A stretch of 64,000 nt of DNA. Source: Octopus sinensis. Lineage: Eukaryota. Each line of letters begins with the position of its first letter. Within the stretch, counting starts at the first letter, position 1. The DNA is taken from the NCBI RefSeq assembly GCF_006345805.1, contig NC_043013.1:35836001-35900000 (forward strand), written 5' to 3'. The position numbers and the translations under genes are program-made. This document shows, one piece after another, positions 13,150-28,539 of this stretch. The notes below the pieces were generated by a model, which was not told the DNA's origin, ran no database searches, and saw only the letters and a list, made by a program, of their open reading frames with translations.

Positions 13150-13761
13150 GCATGGTCCACTGACCATCTGGACCATGTATCAACTCATGGTAAGTGCTTC
13201 TTCGCGGTGTAGCCTCGGGTGAACGTTTTTCTTTTTAATAAAAGACTGGCAGCTTCTGATGCAGCAAGTGCTCCATCTCCATGCTACCCACGTCATCCAA
13301 CGGGGAGAACAATATCGATACAGTTTTATACTGGTATCGTAACGAACGAACTTAGATCCGGAACAAATACCACACAACGTTTTTTGTCCAATGCTCTTAC
13401 AATTCGGTTAATACACCGTTCTAGACGAGTAGTACTTCAATTTATCGACCCCCGAAAGGAAGGAAAGCAGAAAGAAAATCTTTGACAGGATTTCAAATTA
13501 GAACATAAGTAATTGGAACACATAACATTGTCCAACCGTTCTACAATTCTGCCAATCCAATGATTTTTGTCTATTTACATGACTGAATTTAATTATTCGA
13601 ATTCTTCGTACTTCTGAAAAAATAAATTCTTGGACAGTTTCCAATATCGAAGATGCTTTTTCTTTTTTTTTTTTTTTTCATAAGATAAGCCTCGAAAATT
13701 GACCATGCATTCATCAGGTCATAAGTTACATTTTACGTAGGTTAATATTAACCGCAGGCTC

Positions 13762-13960
13762 ATGGCGGTGAGCTGGCAGAATCGTTACCACGTCGGACAA
13801 AATGCTTAGCAGCATTTCGTCCGTCTTTACATTCTGAGTTCAAGTTCTGAAGAGTCTAACGTCGCTTTTTATCCTTTCGGAGTTCAGTAAAACAAGTACC
13901 AGTTGAGTACTGGAGTCGATGTAATCGACTTACCCCCTCCCCCAAAATTGCTGGCCTGGT
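13762..13960 (+). mobile_element. SINE S1
   Basis: ggcggtgagctggcagaatcgtt...ttctgagttcaag...cccctcccccaaaattgctggcc. Confidence 0.8.
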
Positions 13961-14380
13961 GCCAAGCAGTTGGAACGAATATTAACTGCAGGCCAGGGTT
14001 ATCTATCCTTAACTTACCACGTTTCAGCACTCTAAAAATTAATGAAAAAATTGCCCGCTGTAAATAGTCAAGGATCGACATGTTATTAAACTACTAATAT
14101 GACATCTTAGTAAACTGCATAAAAGTGGTGCTACATTGGCCACCTTTGTAGTCATACAAAGAAAAGCTTATTATAGTTGCTGTTATTGTTTTTGTTGTTT
14201 GTTGTGAATGGTCACATTTTTAAAGTTCACTGCGCAGAAGATGTCCTTCTGAGATGAACATCGGTAAAGAACCTTTTGTTTTTCTCGTTCATTATACCAA
14301 TAAAGCAATTCGGAACTATTGAACATCTACAGCATTATCTGAGATAAAGGTCTGCCATAAATTAAAGAAAAAAAAAATAA

Positions 14381-14812
14381 GGCGCAGGAGTGGCTGCGTG
14401 GTAAGTAGCTTGCTAACCAACCACATGGTTCCGGGTTCAGTCCCACTGCGTGGCATCTTGGGCAAGTGTCTTCTGCTATAGCCCCGGGCCGACCAATGCC
14501 TTGTGAGTGGATTTGGTAGACGGAAACTGAAAGAAGCCTGTCGTATATATGTATATATATATATTATATATATATATATATATGTGTGTGTATGTGTTTG
14601 TGTGTCTGTGTTTATCCCCCTAGCATTGCTTGACAACCGATGCTGGTGTGTTTACGTCCCCGTCACTTAGCGGTTCAGCAAAAGAGACCGATAGAATAAG
14701 TACTGGGCTTACAAAGAATAAGTCCCGGGGTCGATTTGATCGACTAAAGGCGGTGCTCCAGCATGGCCGCAGTTAAATGACTGAAACAAGTAAAAGAGTA
14801 AAAGAGTAAAGA
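14381..14812 (+). mobile_element. Full-length SINE S2 with internal (TA)/(TG) microsatellite and LINE-derived tail
   Basis: tRNA-like head ggagtggctgcgtggtaag...ggttcagtccc; tail ggcggtgctccagcatggccgcag...gaaacaagtaaaagag. Confidence 0.9.
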
Positions 14813-15569
14813 GTTCTAAATGTTTTAAATTTGTTATGTTTACGTACTGGCACGTGGCTGTCTGGGAAGTAACAGAAGTGGGGGGAGGGTTCTACGATAA
14901 AGAAACACGCCCCCAAACAATTGATCAAACATGCAGAAAACTTAAACACCACATGCATAATAGATGACAAAACTAAAAAAAATATATATATTTTAGAAAG
15001 AAAATTTAAAAATCCATTACCGAAAAAAGAGCGACATTTTATCGCATAATGTTGTGAAAAAGAGATATCAATTCGATTTGAATTGGCTAAAAAAAAAAAG
15101 CTATAAAAAGTAAACACTAGAAGAGGTACCTTACAAAAAAAGGTGATTCATTATCTTACGAATTTATCCCAGGGAGGAAAAAGGAAGGTGTAGTGTTTCT
15201 GTTTTATTTTTTCTTTAAAAAAAAAACGTACGGAAAGAAGAGTTAGAGGAAGTATTGGCTGTTGTGCAGATGTGTGATCTATTGAATGTGGTAAGGGATC
15301 CGAAAACATGCAAAGATCAGGTGAAATCGGTACAGACCACGTCGGCTCACAGACTTGCTCTACTATGTATAGGACTTAAAAACACCAGAATTACTGCCAG
15401 AGATATTGATACAAACATCAGAGCCTTACTTGGTGTGAATTTTACGCAAAACTGTACATATCTAGAAGGTGAGAAGTTACCCACATCAGAAAACCACAAG
15501 GCAGCCCAGGAGCTAAACTCAATCGATTGAGCAAACACCAGGTCAATTATAGTGGTGTCGTAGGGCAGA

Positions 15570-15615
15570 GGGCTCAGTCACTATATGTCTGACAGTAAGG
15601 GTTATTTATAGGCCT
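15570..15615 (-). promoter_or_regulatory. Candidate TATA/Inr core promoter firing leftwards
   Basis: Minus strand cctataaataacc with a TAGT Inr-like motif 28 nt after the TATA; CCAAT near 15870; motif-only evidence. Confidence 0.3.
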
Positions 15616-17124
15616 TCTGTCCGAAGACAGAGAGAAAGACAAATGAAAAGGGAATGTTGTGGACAGCAACTGCAATGGTAGGTTCAAAAGTGCTGTTACT
15701 GCTGTATCCAGAGCATCGCTACTTGCAGCTTCGTGAATGAACAGAGGAGCAAAAAGCAAAATCGTTTTGTCCTAAGTTTCACCCGTAATAGAGGGTGGCG
15801 ACGATCTTCAAATTGAATGTGTCTTCCTTTTTAATAGGGCAAGCGTGGGGCTGCTTGCGATGATAAATAATGATTGGTGTTTGGAGAAAGCTAGAAAATC
15901 TCCAACAAAAGAAATGACTATTACCTTTGCAGCAGGAAGAGAAGATGCTAAGCACAGTTGTGCCTACAATGAATACATCCTCACCCAATGATTGCAGATA
16001 TAGCTTCAAAACAAAGCAAAAAAATGACAAACGGACATAGTTATAAACACAAACAGCTATAACTTGCGAAACATAAAATCAAACAAGTGTTAAAAAACGC
16101 AAAATCAAACGACAATAGCTAAAGTATTAGCACAGTAGCTTGTATTTCACCAGTATTGCGAGCCAAAAGAGGTAAAAGACATGAGTCAACTCTAGGCGAA
16201 AGTGAAAATGTGAAATATGGAGTCTCTCCATGCTCAATGAATTTACTCAAGAATGGGCATGGTGGAGAGTGTCACACTTCTGTCTTTTCATAAAACAGAT
16301 GTAGTTTGTGGTTAGAAATTATATTGTGAACACATATTTTTGCAAATATACATTTTGCTTTGTCTGTTAGTGGTTCAACATTACCCATCTTCGTAAAAGT
16401 AGTTGGAAGGACAAACCAAACTGGTGGCAGCAATGAAAACACTTTTCCAGTTTTTTTCAGACATGATGTAGTTGGATCCGACAGGAACTCGTGTAGATTT
16501 TAGTCAAGTCGAGGGGGCCACTCAATTACCTGGAGTGGAGATGACCCTTTATCCACCCCAGGGAAGGTATAACATCGGCCCAACGTGGTTGGGCAGCACG
16601 CTCGACCTGGCATGCGGGTCCTGTTCTTCGACCCACAAACCACCAGCTTATACAGCTCCTGGTAACCGTGTGAATATAAAGAAAGGAAAGAAAAGACAAC
16701 AAATACAGAGGTGAAGTTATTGACACAAACATTTAGAATTTAGGAAGCATAAAAGAAAAAGTGGCAAGAGCACAATTTTAAAGGACAGTAACAAAAGAAA
16801 CACTATGAAAAAAGACAACAGCTCATTGTTGGCTAGCATTGCAAGCCAAAACAAAGTATTCAACATTACCTCAAGGGAAAGAAAGAGTATGAAACACATA
16901 TTTCAAAAGACGGTGCAGTGCTGTCATTGACCCTACCTAAAAAGGATACAGATAAGTATGACATGCCTGTTCTTTGGTGAAAATGAACGATGTTTTCATA
17001 CGGGTTGCTGTCTGATATGTAGATGTAAAGGTCCTTGACGTAAGCAGGGTATATGGAAGCAGGTACATGGTCCTTAAAATCAAAGATGAGAGAAGAGGAG
17101 AGGAGCTAAGCTGGCGTGCCACTT

Positions 17125-17468
17125 CGGTGCCTTCAAGATAGTGGTGTAGTAAACTGGCACTCTATCGGTTATGACGATGTGGGTTCCAATTGATCCAACC
17201 AACGGAACAGCTTGCTCATTTATTAAGGTGCAAGTGGCTGAGCACTCCACAGACACATGTACCCTTAACGTAGTTCTAAGGGAGATTTAGGATGGCAAAA
17301 GTGTGTTGAGACTGGTCCCTTGAAATACAGGTACTACGCATTTTGTCAGCTGAGGGGACTGGAGCAACATGAAACAAAGTGACTTGCTCAAGGACACAAT
17401 GCATCCCCAGGAATTGAACTCACGACCACCTTATGATCGTGAGCTAAATACTCTAACCACTAAGCCAC
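17125..17468 (-). mobile_element. SINE S4 (tRNA head followed by tgtccttgagcaag...gttgctccagt domain)
   Basis: Minus head gtggcttagtggttagag...gagttcaattcc; related copies at 49010-49190 and 57200-57460. Confidence 0.75.
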
Positions 17469-17939
17469 TAAATACCCTAACCACTAAGCCTTCACAGTGG
17501 AATACATAGAAAAAAACCCACTAGGGTCAAAACCAGGGGTACTGACACAGAAGAGGCAAGAAGAATTTCATTATCCAAGGTTTCTTTACCTTTCCCGAAG
17601 AGAATAGAATGTGATTTGAAGGATTTTAGCTGTTGTATCTAGCAGGTGAAATGACCATATAAAGGTTCTCTCATTAGTTTGGTAAATAGCATATTAAAAG
17701 AACTGGTGCCAAATCCAATTATTTGTCTTTTATGTCTCTGAGCATCTCCATTCTCTGTATATTGTTTGTGGGTTAACTTATTCACAACTGGAAAGAAATA
17801 AAGATTGGAGGATTTTAGTTCACCAGAGTTACGGTGCTTTTTTTTGTTTTCTTTTTGTTTTTTTTTTTGTTTTTATTATTATTTATAATTAGTGATGTTT
17901 TCTGTTGGTTAAATGATTGACTACATCGTTTATTTTAAC

Positions 17940-18349
17940 TCATTGCAGCAAAAAATGAAGTAGGAGTGAAGGAGGAGGAGGTGGTGGAAGAGGGGAAGGA
18001 GGAGGTGGAAGAAGACCAAGAAAAAAAAGGAAAGGAAAAGATAAAGGAGATGATACCAGGACACAACACCAAACAACACATACATACATACTTATATAAA
18101 CACATTCATATACACACACACGCACACAAACACTCAGAAACAAAAATGATAACAACAAGGTTACTACAACAACAACTACTACTACTACCACTACTACTGC
18201 TGCTGCTACTACTGCAACTATCACTACTACTACTGCTGCTACTGCTGCCACTACTACTACCACTACTACCACTACTACTACTACTACTACTACTAATAAT
18301 AATAATAATAATGATAATAATGATAATAATGATAATAATAATAATAATA

Positions 18350-18381
<32 letters not shown>

Positions 18382-18441
18382 ACAAAGAAGAAAAAAGATG
18401 AAGACAAAGACAGCATAGAAAAGGAGGGAGAAGAAGAAGAA

Positions 18442-18492
<51 letters not shown>

Positions 18493-18536
18493 GATGGTGA
18501 TGATGATGATGATGATGATGATGGTGATGGTGATGG

Positions 18537-18591
<55 letters not shown>

Positions 18592-19108
18592 GAAGAGGAG
18601 GAGGAGGAGGAGGAGTAGAAAAGTAATAGGAAGAAATAATAGAAAATTATGAAGGAAAAAAAAAAGGTGGGCAGAGAAGTATGTATATATGAGAAGCAAA
18701 CGGAATGGTCATAAAAATAGCGAAAACGCAAACACAATCTGTACTACACAGTAAGAGAAACACACACTCACACACACAAATACACAAACACAAGCACATG
18801 TATATATGTATATATATGTTAATGTATATATATGTTAATGTATATATATATGCACACACACATACACATATATATATATATATATATACATTACAATACA
18901 AAGAATTCAGCATTTCTTTCTTCCACAAAAATATCATTAGTCAAAGATCATTATTGTTAAGTCTATGAGAAGAAGTTTTAATTTATTGTTCCCTAAATAG
19001 CTTTGGTTAACTTTCTTGTCTGTGAGTAATTCAGTTGAGACGGCCACTACATACTTATCTCTAGGACTGTGTGCACATATGTCTATGTATGTGTGTGTGT
19101 GTATGTGT

Positions 19109-19150
<42 letters not shown>

Positions 19151-19635
19151 GTTATATGTACATATGTAAGTATATTTGTATGTATGTATGTATGTATCTA
19201 TGTATGTATATGGCATGGTAAGTATTTCCATATGTATGCTGAAGAATTATATATCTTTGTGTATGTGTGTGCTTGGATGTGTGTGTATGTGTGTGTGTTT
19301 GTGTATGTTTGTGTGTGGTGTGTGTGTGTGTGTTTGCTCATAAACACAAATACATAGTTTTACAGAAACCTACACACACACGTTTTATAGAAGCCTACAT
19401 GCACACAAATACACACAAATAAACACACATACAGACACACACATACAAATGCAGGCACATACGTATGCCCACACATACATACCTATATACTTAAGTGCAT
19501 ATATATATATGTGTGTGTGTATATGTGTGTGCATATATATATATATGCACTCACACATATGATGGTTAACACACACACACCTATGAATGTATGTATATTA
19601 ATATATATCAACACACACACACACACACATACACA

Positions 19636-19683
<48 letters not shown>

Positions 19684-20700
19684 GTGATTTCTAAGCTATG
19701 AAACCTATAATTTTGTGTAATGAATCGATACCAAAGTTTTGTATTGATTGTGGTTCATATTGATGTTGATGTCGCTGTAGTTAGTGATGGTGCAATTACT
19801 TTCAACTACAGCTGCTTATGATGGTGATGATGATAATGATGATGAAGAGGGCGATATGAGGACAATGATGTTGCTGCTGCTGATGATGATGATAATCATG
19901 ACAACGACAACGATGAGGATGATGATGATGATGATAATGACGACGACAATGACGATGATGATGATGATGATGATGACGGTGACGATGATGATGATGATGA
20001 TGATGACGATGATGATGATGATTATCATGACAACGACAACGACAATGATGATGATGACGATGATGATGATAATGATAATGATGATGAAGAGGGCGATATG
20101 AGGACAATGATGTTGCTACTGCTGCTGCTGCTGATGATGATGATAATCATGACAACGACAACGACGATGATAGCAACGATGATGATGGTGGTGATGATGA
20201 TGATAATGAAATGATGATGATGATGATGATGACAACGACGTCAACGATGATGATGATGATGATGATGATGACAACGACGGCGACGATAATGATGACGATG
20301 ATGGTGGTGGCGGTGGTGGTGGTGGTGGTGGTGGTGATGACGACCACAGTATTCATAACAATTATAATATTAATGATTCCTGATGATGATGATGGTGGTG
20401 GTGGTGGTGGTGGTGGTGGTGGTGTGGGGTGGTGCTGCTGCTGCTGCTGGTGATAATGATGATGGTGGCATTGATGATGGCAGTAGTAACCACAGCCAGG
20501 ATGCTGATGGTTATAAAGATTCTGCTAATAATGTTGATGATGTCTACAATGCTACAGTTGCTGTTTATGATGATGATGATGATGACAATGACAACGACAA
20601 TGTTGATGACAACAACGAGGTAACGAAGGTGATGATGAGGATGATGATGGTGATGGCAACAACGATGATGATGCCAACGACGACAACGTGGTGATGGAGG
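17940..20700. repeat. Compound microsatellite field: (GAT)n, (CTA)n, (AAT)n, (GGT)n, (CA)n, (TA)n
   Basis: Directly visible; explains the homopolymeric ORFs in the track. Confidence 0.95.
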
Positions 20701-21142
20701 AACAGATAGTGTTGCTTAACCCCAGGTCAGCACTGAACTAGCAAGCAAGCATTATGGTTAATTCCAAGGCCTCTAAGAGCAATTTGACAATATGGACCAA
20801 GACTTTTGAACAAAGAGGATTATGATACTTTGTTTTTTTCTTTGTTTTTTTATGTGTTGAGGTGAGTTCTAAGGAGAAGTCCAGCAAGGATTCACAGGAA
20901 CCCCCTTTCTAGACCCCAGACTGGTGCATTGACTGAAACCCACAATTTTTCATAAACTTAGGTCAAAAGTCTTCCCACTGCGATCAACCATTTGTGACAT
21001 TTTGTATAGCAGGGCCCATATTGTCCTCTAAAGGGTTTGAGGTTCTTGCAGACTTATAGGATGGAGTTTATTGGTGAGTGGATTTATGCCCCAAAGCTGG
21101 CTGACCTTCTATAGGAAGCAGGTACATTCGGGGACATATGTA

Positions 21143-22068
21143 CAGGGTGGGACAGAGAGGATGGACATTTTTGAAATGGCTATTACTCAGCGCCAGTAGG
21201 TGGGGGTGACATATGTCTGGCAGGTACAATTCGGTCTGTGGTGTCTTAGTACTTTTTCTCTTTTCAGGTGAAGCCATGGCACTGTGAAGCCAGAGCATCA
21301 TGTGTTTGCCTACAACAGTTATGTGAAGAATAACGAGTCTGTCACAGCAGTTCAGCATGAGTTTTGGTACCTCTTCAACATTCACTGAAACCAGGCTGTT
21401 CCTATCCATAACATAATCTTATGTTAGGTGAATGTACTTCATACACGAGGTACACTAATGAATAGAAGATCAATGGGGGAGGGCATGAATGGTACTGACC
21501 CTGGAATATGTGGAACACATCAGACAAGCTTTGATACAGAGTTCGAATTGCTCTGCTTGGAGACATTCCACTGAACTTGGCATCAGTAATTGATCTATAA
21601 GGTGTATTTTGCATGAAGACCTGCATTTTCACCTGTACAAATTGATCATTGGGCAACAGTTGAAACCATGGGACTATGTACAGCAGCTTAACTTCGCACG
21701 TCAGATGGAAGGGATTTGTGAGGCGAATGACAACCTCATTTTGTTAATAGGTGATGAAGTACATTTTTATGTCAATGGCATGGTGAATGCACAGGACTGC
21801 CATTATTGGGCTCTTGAATATCCGAGAGAGCAATGTCACCCAAATCGACAGAGCAATGCTGGAGAGAGTGGAGGCCAACTTACAGAAAACCTCCAGAAAA
21901 TGCATCAATCAAAATGGACAACACATGATGGATGTTGTTTTCCACACTTGATTTTGACAAATGCTAATTCAATTTGAAAACATTAATGTCCATAAAAGTT
22001 GTTTACAGCTAAAATTAATGATTTTGTGAATTAAAAAAAAATCGTCCATCCTCTCTGCCCCCACCCTC
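21143..22068 (+). mobile_element. Internally deleted Tc1/mariner-superfamily transposon (rosa/maT-like first-D motif)
   Basis: TIRs cagggtgggacagagaggatggac / gtccatcctctctgcccccaccctc with TA on both sides; relic ILHEDLHFHLYKL...IGDEVHFYVNGMVNAQDCHYWA, then a jump to the C-terminus CINQNGQH. Confidence 0.85.
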
Positions 22069-22746
22069 TACCATTCCTAGCATGTGAGTGTGTGTGTGTG
22101 TAGTGTGTATGCAAGATATAGTATACATGTAAACATGTGCGTATATCTGTGTTTGGGGGAATGAAGAGAGGTGAGATGGAAAAGTGATGACAGGACCAGA
22201 AGTGATGTCACATCAAGAAATGGGTGTTCAAACAGCCTTCTTCTTTGGCAGCACATCAAGCGTGACAGACATGTTGAAGGGATCATTTTAGGGGTGTGGT
22301 TCCTTCCGGTCAGAAGTTTGGGTAGAGTGCACATGTGGGTACAACTATTGAGTTCTGTTGGTTCCCATGACCTGAAGTTTGGGACATACTGTTGCTAATT
22401 GCATCTCGAGGTAAAAGCAACCATATATGTGCCTTACAACTGTAGTGTGTGTGTATGCATGTGCTTGGTGTGTGTGTGTGTGTGTGCATGTGTTTGGTGT
22501 ATGAGTTTATGTGCACTTGTTTGGTGTGCATCTGTGTGTGTGTTTGGTGTGTGTGTGTGTGAATCAGTTATCTTTTACTTGTTTCAATTACTGGGCTGTG
22601 GCCATGCTGGATCACTACCTTTCAGGGTTTTTTTAATAGGTCCCATTACATGTATTTTACATGTCAGGTACTTCTTCAATGGGTCTCTTTTGTTGAACTG
22701 CTAGGTTATAGAGAAGTAAACAAACCAACATTGATTGTCAAGTGGT

Positions 22747-22783
<37 letters not shown>

Positions 22784-23519
22784 TGGTTTAAAAATATGCA
22801 AAAACTCTACAAAAAACAAACACAGGTGAAAGAACAATAAACAGGATGTATTAGTTTGACGCTCAAGAAAAATGGAAGAAATCTTTGATGTTTCAGACCT
22901 ATGCCCTTATACAGGAAGGAATGAGGAGATAAAAGAGAGGGAGAGTGGGAAACAAAATGGAGAGCAAAAACCCTGTATGAATTAACAGTGCTACATGTTA
23001 ATTGCACCATGTTGAATATATTTTATATCTTTTACTTGTTTCAGTCAATAGACTGTGGCCAAGCTGGGGCATCACCTTGAAGAATTTTAGGTAAAATTAG
23101 TACTTATATTTTTTAAAGCTTTGTAGTTATTCCATGGCTCTCTTTTACAGACTCACTAAGTTACAGGATGTAAACACACCAACACCGATTGTGAAGATGA
23201 GGTGGGGGACAAACAAAGATTCAGAGATATATAAACACACACACACACTGACAGAAAAAACACGAGTAGTGGAATCTATTAAAAAAAACCTTGAAGGCAG
23301 TGATCCAGCATGGCCACAGTCCAGTAACTGAAACAAGTAAAGGATACCTAATTCACACATACACACACACACACCAAACATATGCACATGCATGCATACA
23401 CATACATACACATATACACACATATGTGCATCAAACACGTGCACACAAACTCATACACCAAACACACACACACACATACACACACCAAGTACATGCACAC
23501 ACACACACACATGCCAGGC

Positions 23520-23860
23520 AATATGCTGTGCTTGAGAGGACCGGTTGAGTCAAGTGAAATTGTAGTCATGGTCAGTGCCAGTGCCCCCTGACTGGCATCT
23601 GTGCCAGTGGCACATAAAAAGCACCATTCAAGTATGGTCGATACCAGTGCTGCCTGACAGGCCCCCATGCTGGTAGCATGTAAAAAACACCCACTTCATT
23701 GTTAGAGTGGTTGGCATTAGGAAGAGCATCCAACTGTAGAAACCTTGAAAGATCAGATTGGAGCCTGGTGCAACCCCCTAGCTTGCCAGTCCTCAGTCAA
23801 ATCGTCCAACTGATGCCAACATGGGAGGCAGATATTAAATGACGATGATGATGATGATAT
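23520..23860 (+). mobile_element. RTE-type LINE 3' UTR/derived SINE ending in (GAT)n
   Basis: gtggttggcattaggaagagcatcca...gtccaactgatgcc...aaatgacgatgatgat; same body lies 3' of the RTE ORF at 54330-54500. Confidence 0.65.
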
Positions 23861-24429
23861 ATGTATGTATGTATGTATGTTGTATGTATGTATGTATGTA
23901 TGTATGTATGTATGTATGTATGTATGACCAAATCCACTTCCAAGGTTTTGGTTGATCTGGGGCTATAATCAAGGATGTTAACCCAAGGTACCACACAGTG
24001 GGACTGAACCTGAAACCATGTGGATGGCAAGCAAACTTCTTACCACACATTCATACCTGTTCATAAGTGTATTCAATGCAAAAATGTAAATGACAACTGC
24101 ACCCTGAGAGAGCTATCAATGCTTGATATCTACAGAGTTCAGTATATCATAAAATAAATAGTTATCTTCCCCCTCCTGGCTATGACACCAGTCTCCATCG
24201 CAGTTGATATTCATCATATATGATATATCATCTAGTCCCAAAAGTCTAGTAAACTGAGACAATATTAAATAAAATGTTCTGTTGTATCAATCTTTGTGGT
24301 TTATTTTATGTATGTGTTTTAGTAAGTTTATGTAAGTCTGTGCAGTTGTTTGTCCAAATATAGACATATAAATTATCGAACCTGATATTACATATGTTTC
24401 TGTTTCTATGTATAGATATACAGAATTTA

Positions 24430-26133
<1,704 letters not shown>

Positions 26134-26691
26134 TATATATATATATATATATGTATATATGTGTGTATGTATGTATGTATGAATATATGTATATATATGT
26201 ATGTATGTTTGCATATATATATATGTATGTATATATATGTGTGTGTGTGTGTGTGTATGTGTGTGTGTTGCAAAGATAATCTGGAACTCGACTGAGGAAA
26301 GAAAACTCCAGATGACCCGTACTTGTTTTCTTTCTATCATCTATCTGAATGTTTTGCTGTCCCTTTTTTGTATCCCCTAACTGTCTGGATATTTTGTGTT
26401 CTTGTCCCATATTTATATTTTTTATATACATTTAGATATATACACATATATATATGTATATACTAAAACTCTAGAGATGTTTGTGTGTACCCAAAATATT
26501 TCAGAAATAGTATATCTTATCTTAATTTTCTTTGCATATTTATTTTCATTATTACCTTTGGCAGTGCAGTACAAATGTTTGTGGTATTTGGACCTCTATT
26601 TATTAATGAAAACGATTAAACACAATTTTTATTTGTTTTTTCTTGACGTATGAAAATATGGCTTCAGAATATTTGCATAAATATATATATA

Positions 26692-27644
26692 TATTGTGAT
26701 GTCCTGTACTCCCGTATAATTATTTATATATGCATGTATATATACATGTAGATGTAGGTACGTACATATATGTTTGTATGTATGCATATATTTTTATTTA
26801 TCTCCTTATTGTCTGACAGCGCCCTGCATCAGGTTCGTTCCGATTCGTCGTTTCGGTCCACTTCTTGGTTCCTTTTTTTATATTTATATTATTATATTGA
26901 AGATGCGGTACTCTCTCCCTTTGCTTTAACCTCTTCAATCTTTCTCCCTCCCACTCCTCCTCTCTCTTCGCCGCGTGTCCCCCTCCTCCTTCCTCTTCCT
27001 TGCCTATAAAACAAAATTCCTTTATACGTGGTTCCCACTATTGAAAAGACTGCCTCCACGCGCTGCTACTACACTTTCGTCCTTGCCAGCAAAAGGCTTT
27101 TTCGTTCGTCCCCCTGTGTGGTTGATTTCCTGTATAGTATTCTTTTTATTTTCTCGTTTTGTAACTAATTGTATTTTTTGTACATGTATTTTTATTTTTG
27201 CAGTTTTATTGTTTGTCTATGCCAGAAAAAAGGCTTTTTCGTTCGTCCTCTTGTGTGTTTGTTTTTGTACATGTATTTTAATTTTGCAGTTTTATTGTTA
27301 CGTCTTGTTTGTGTTCGTACTCATTTTGCCCCGCTGCTTGGAATTTTATTTTAATTCTCTCGCAGGAAGGCCTATTGGATTAGTGTTCTGTCTTGCCTTC
27401 GAAACATGCCTGACTCCTCTAGCGACAGCTGATGACGGGGGTTTTGTCCTTGTGTAGCTCGTCCTGTATTTGTTTTTCGTTTTCCGTTTTCTTGTTTTTT
27501 GTTTTTTGGTTTTTTCCGTTTCTACGTCTTATTGTGATGTCCTGTACTCCCGTATAATTATTTATATATGCATGTATATATACATGTAGATGTAGGTACG
27601 TACATATATGTTTGTATGTATGCATATATTTTTATTTATCTCCT
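26692..27644 (+). mobile_element. ORF-less 838-bp element with 115-bp identical terminal redundancy, inserted in (TA)n; PLE/retrozyme-like
   Basis: 26692-26806 identical to 27530-27644; both flanks (TA)n; CpG-rich; hammerhead half-sites GAAAC (27401) and CTGATGA (27429). Confidence 0.65.
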
Positions 27645-28506
27645 ATATATATATATATATAAACAGAAAATGAAAAATAACTTCAAAAAAGGCATTACTG
27701 TTAAAATACAATTATGGCAATTATCGTTTTTTTTTTCCCATGCATTTCAATATTGATTTCTAAGTTAGGTTCAGGATATACATTAGGGAGAAATGAAAAT
27801 CCTTCACAAATCCCTCATTGCTGCCTTGAAAATGAAAAATTATCTGATGTAGTTCAAAATATACACAAGGTGTCTAATAATCCTTTCTACTATAAGCACA
27901 AGACCTGGAATTTGTGGAGCAGGGACTAGAAATTTACATTGATCCCAGTGATTTACTGGCACTTAATGAAACGACCCCAAATGAATGAAAAGCAAAGTCG
28001 ACCTCGGCTGAATTTGAACTCAGAATGTAAAGATGGGTGAAATACTGCTAAGCATATCATCCAGCATGCTAATGATCCTGCCAGCTCACCACCTTCAGAA
28101 GGTCTCTAATAATGATGGGGCACATTTTGTGTATAATTTACAAGACTTTTCATTGATAAATATTCTGGTTTCTGTACTAGTTACATTTATACTATGTTCC
28201 ATCATTATGAGACACTCTTCAAGCACTGGCCGTTTTATCTTTTACTTGTGGCAGTCAATAAAGTGTGGCCATACTAATGCATCTTCTTGAACTTGTTTTC
28301 GTGACGTAAATTGATACCAGTATTTTCCTATTTATAAATCTGGTACTTCTTCGATCAATCTCTTGAGCCAAATCACTAAGTTATACAGACAACATTTGTT
28401 GTGAAATGGTGGCTTGGAGTGAAATCACAAACAAACACACACACATATTTTTTATTCAGTTGTTTTTTTGCTGAACACTCATAGGCTGTCTTTGACAGGA
28501 GATTCC

Positions 28507-28539
<33 letters not shown>

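Noticed and set aside
17940-20700. Long poly-Met/Ile/Ser/Asp/His ORFs (also 24394-25047, 31373-32392, 36900-37778, 43039-43681, 52414-53621, 63570-63999)
   Set aside because: Translations of di-, tri- and tetranucleotide microsatellites open in several frames and strands; no domain or splice structure.
26975-27457. 160-aa ORF inside the 838-bp element
   Set aside because: GTG start, F/L/V-rich from T-rich sequence, spans an internal duplication, no RT or endonuclease motifs.
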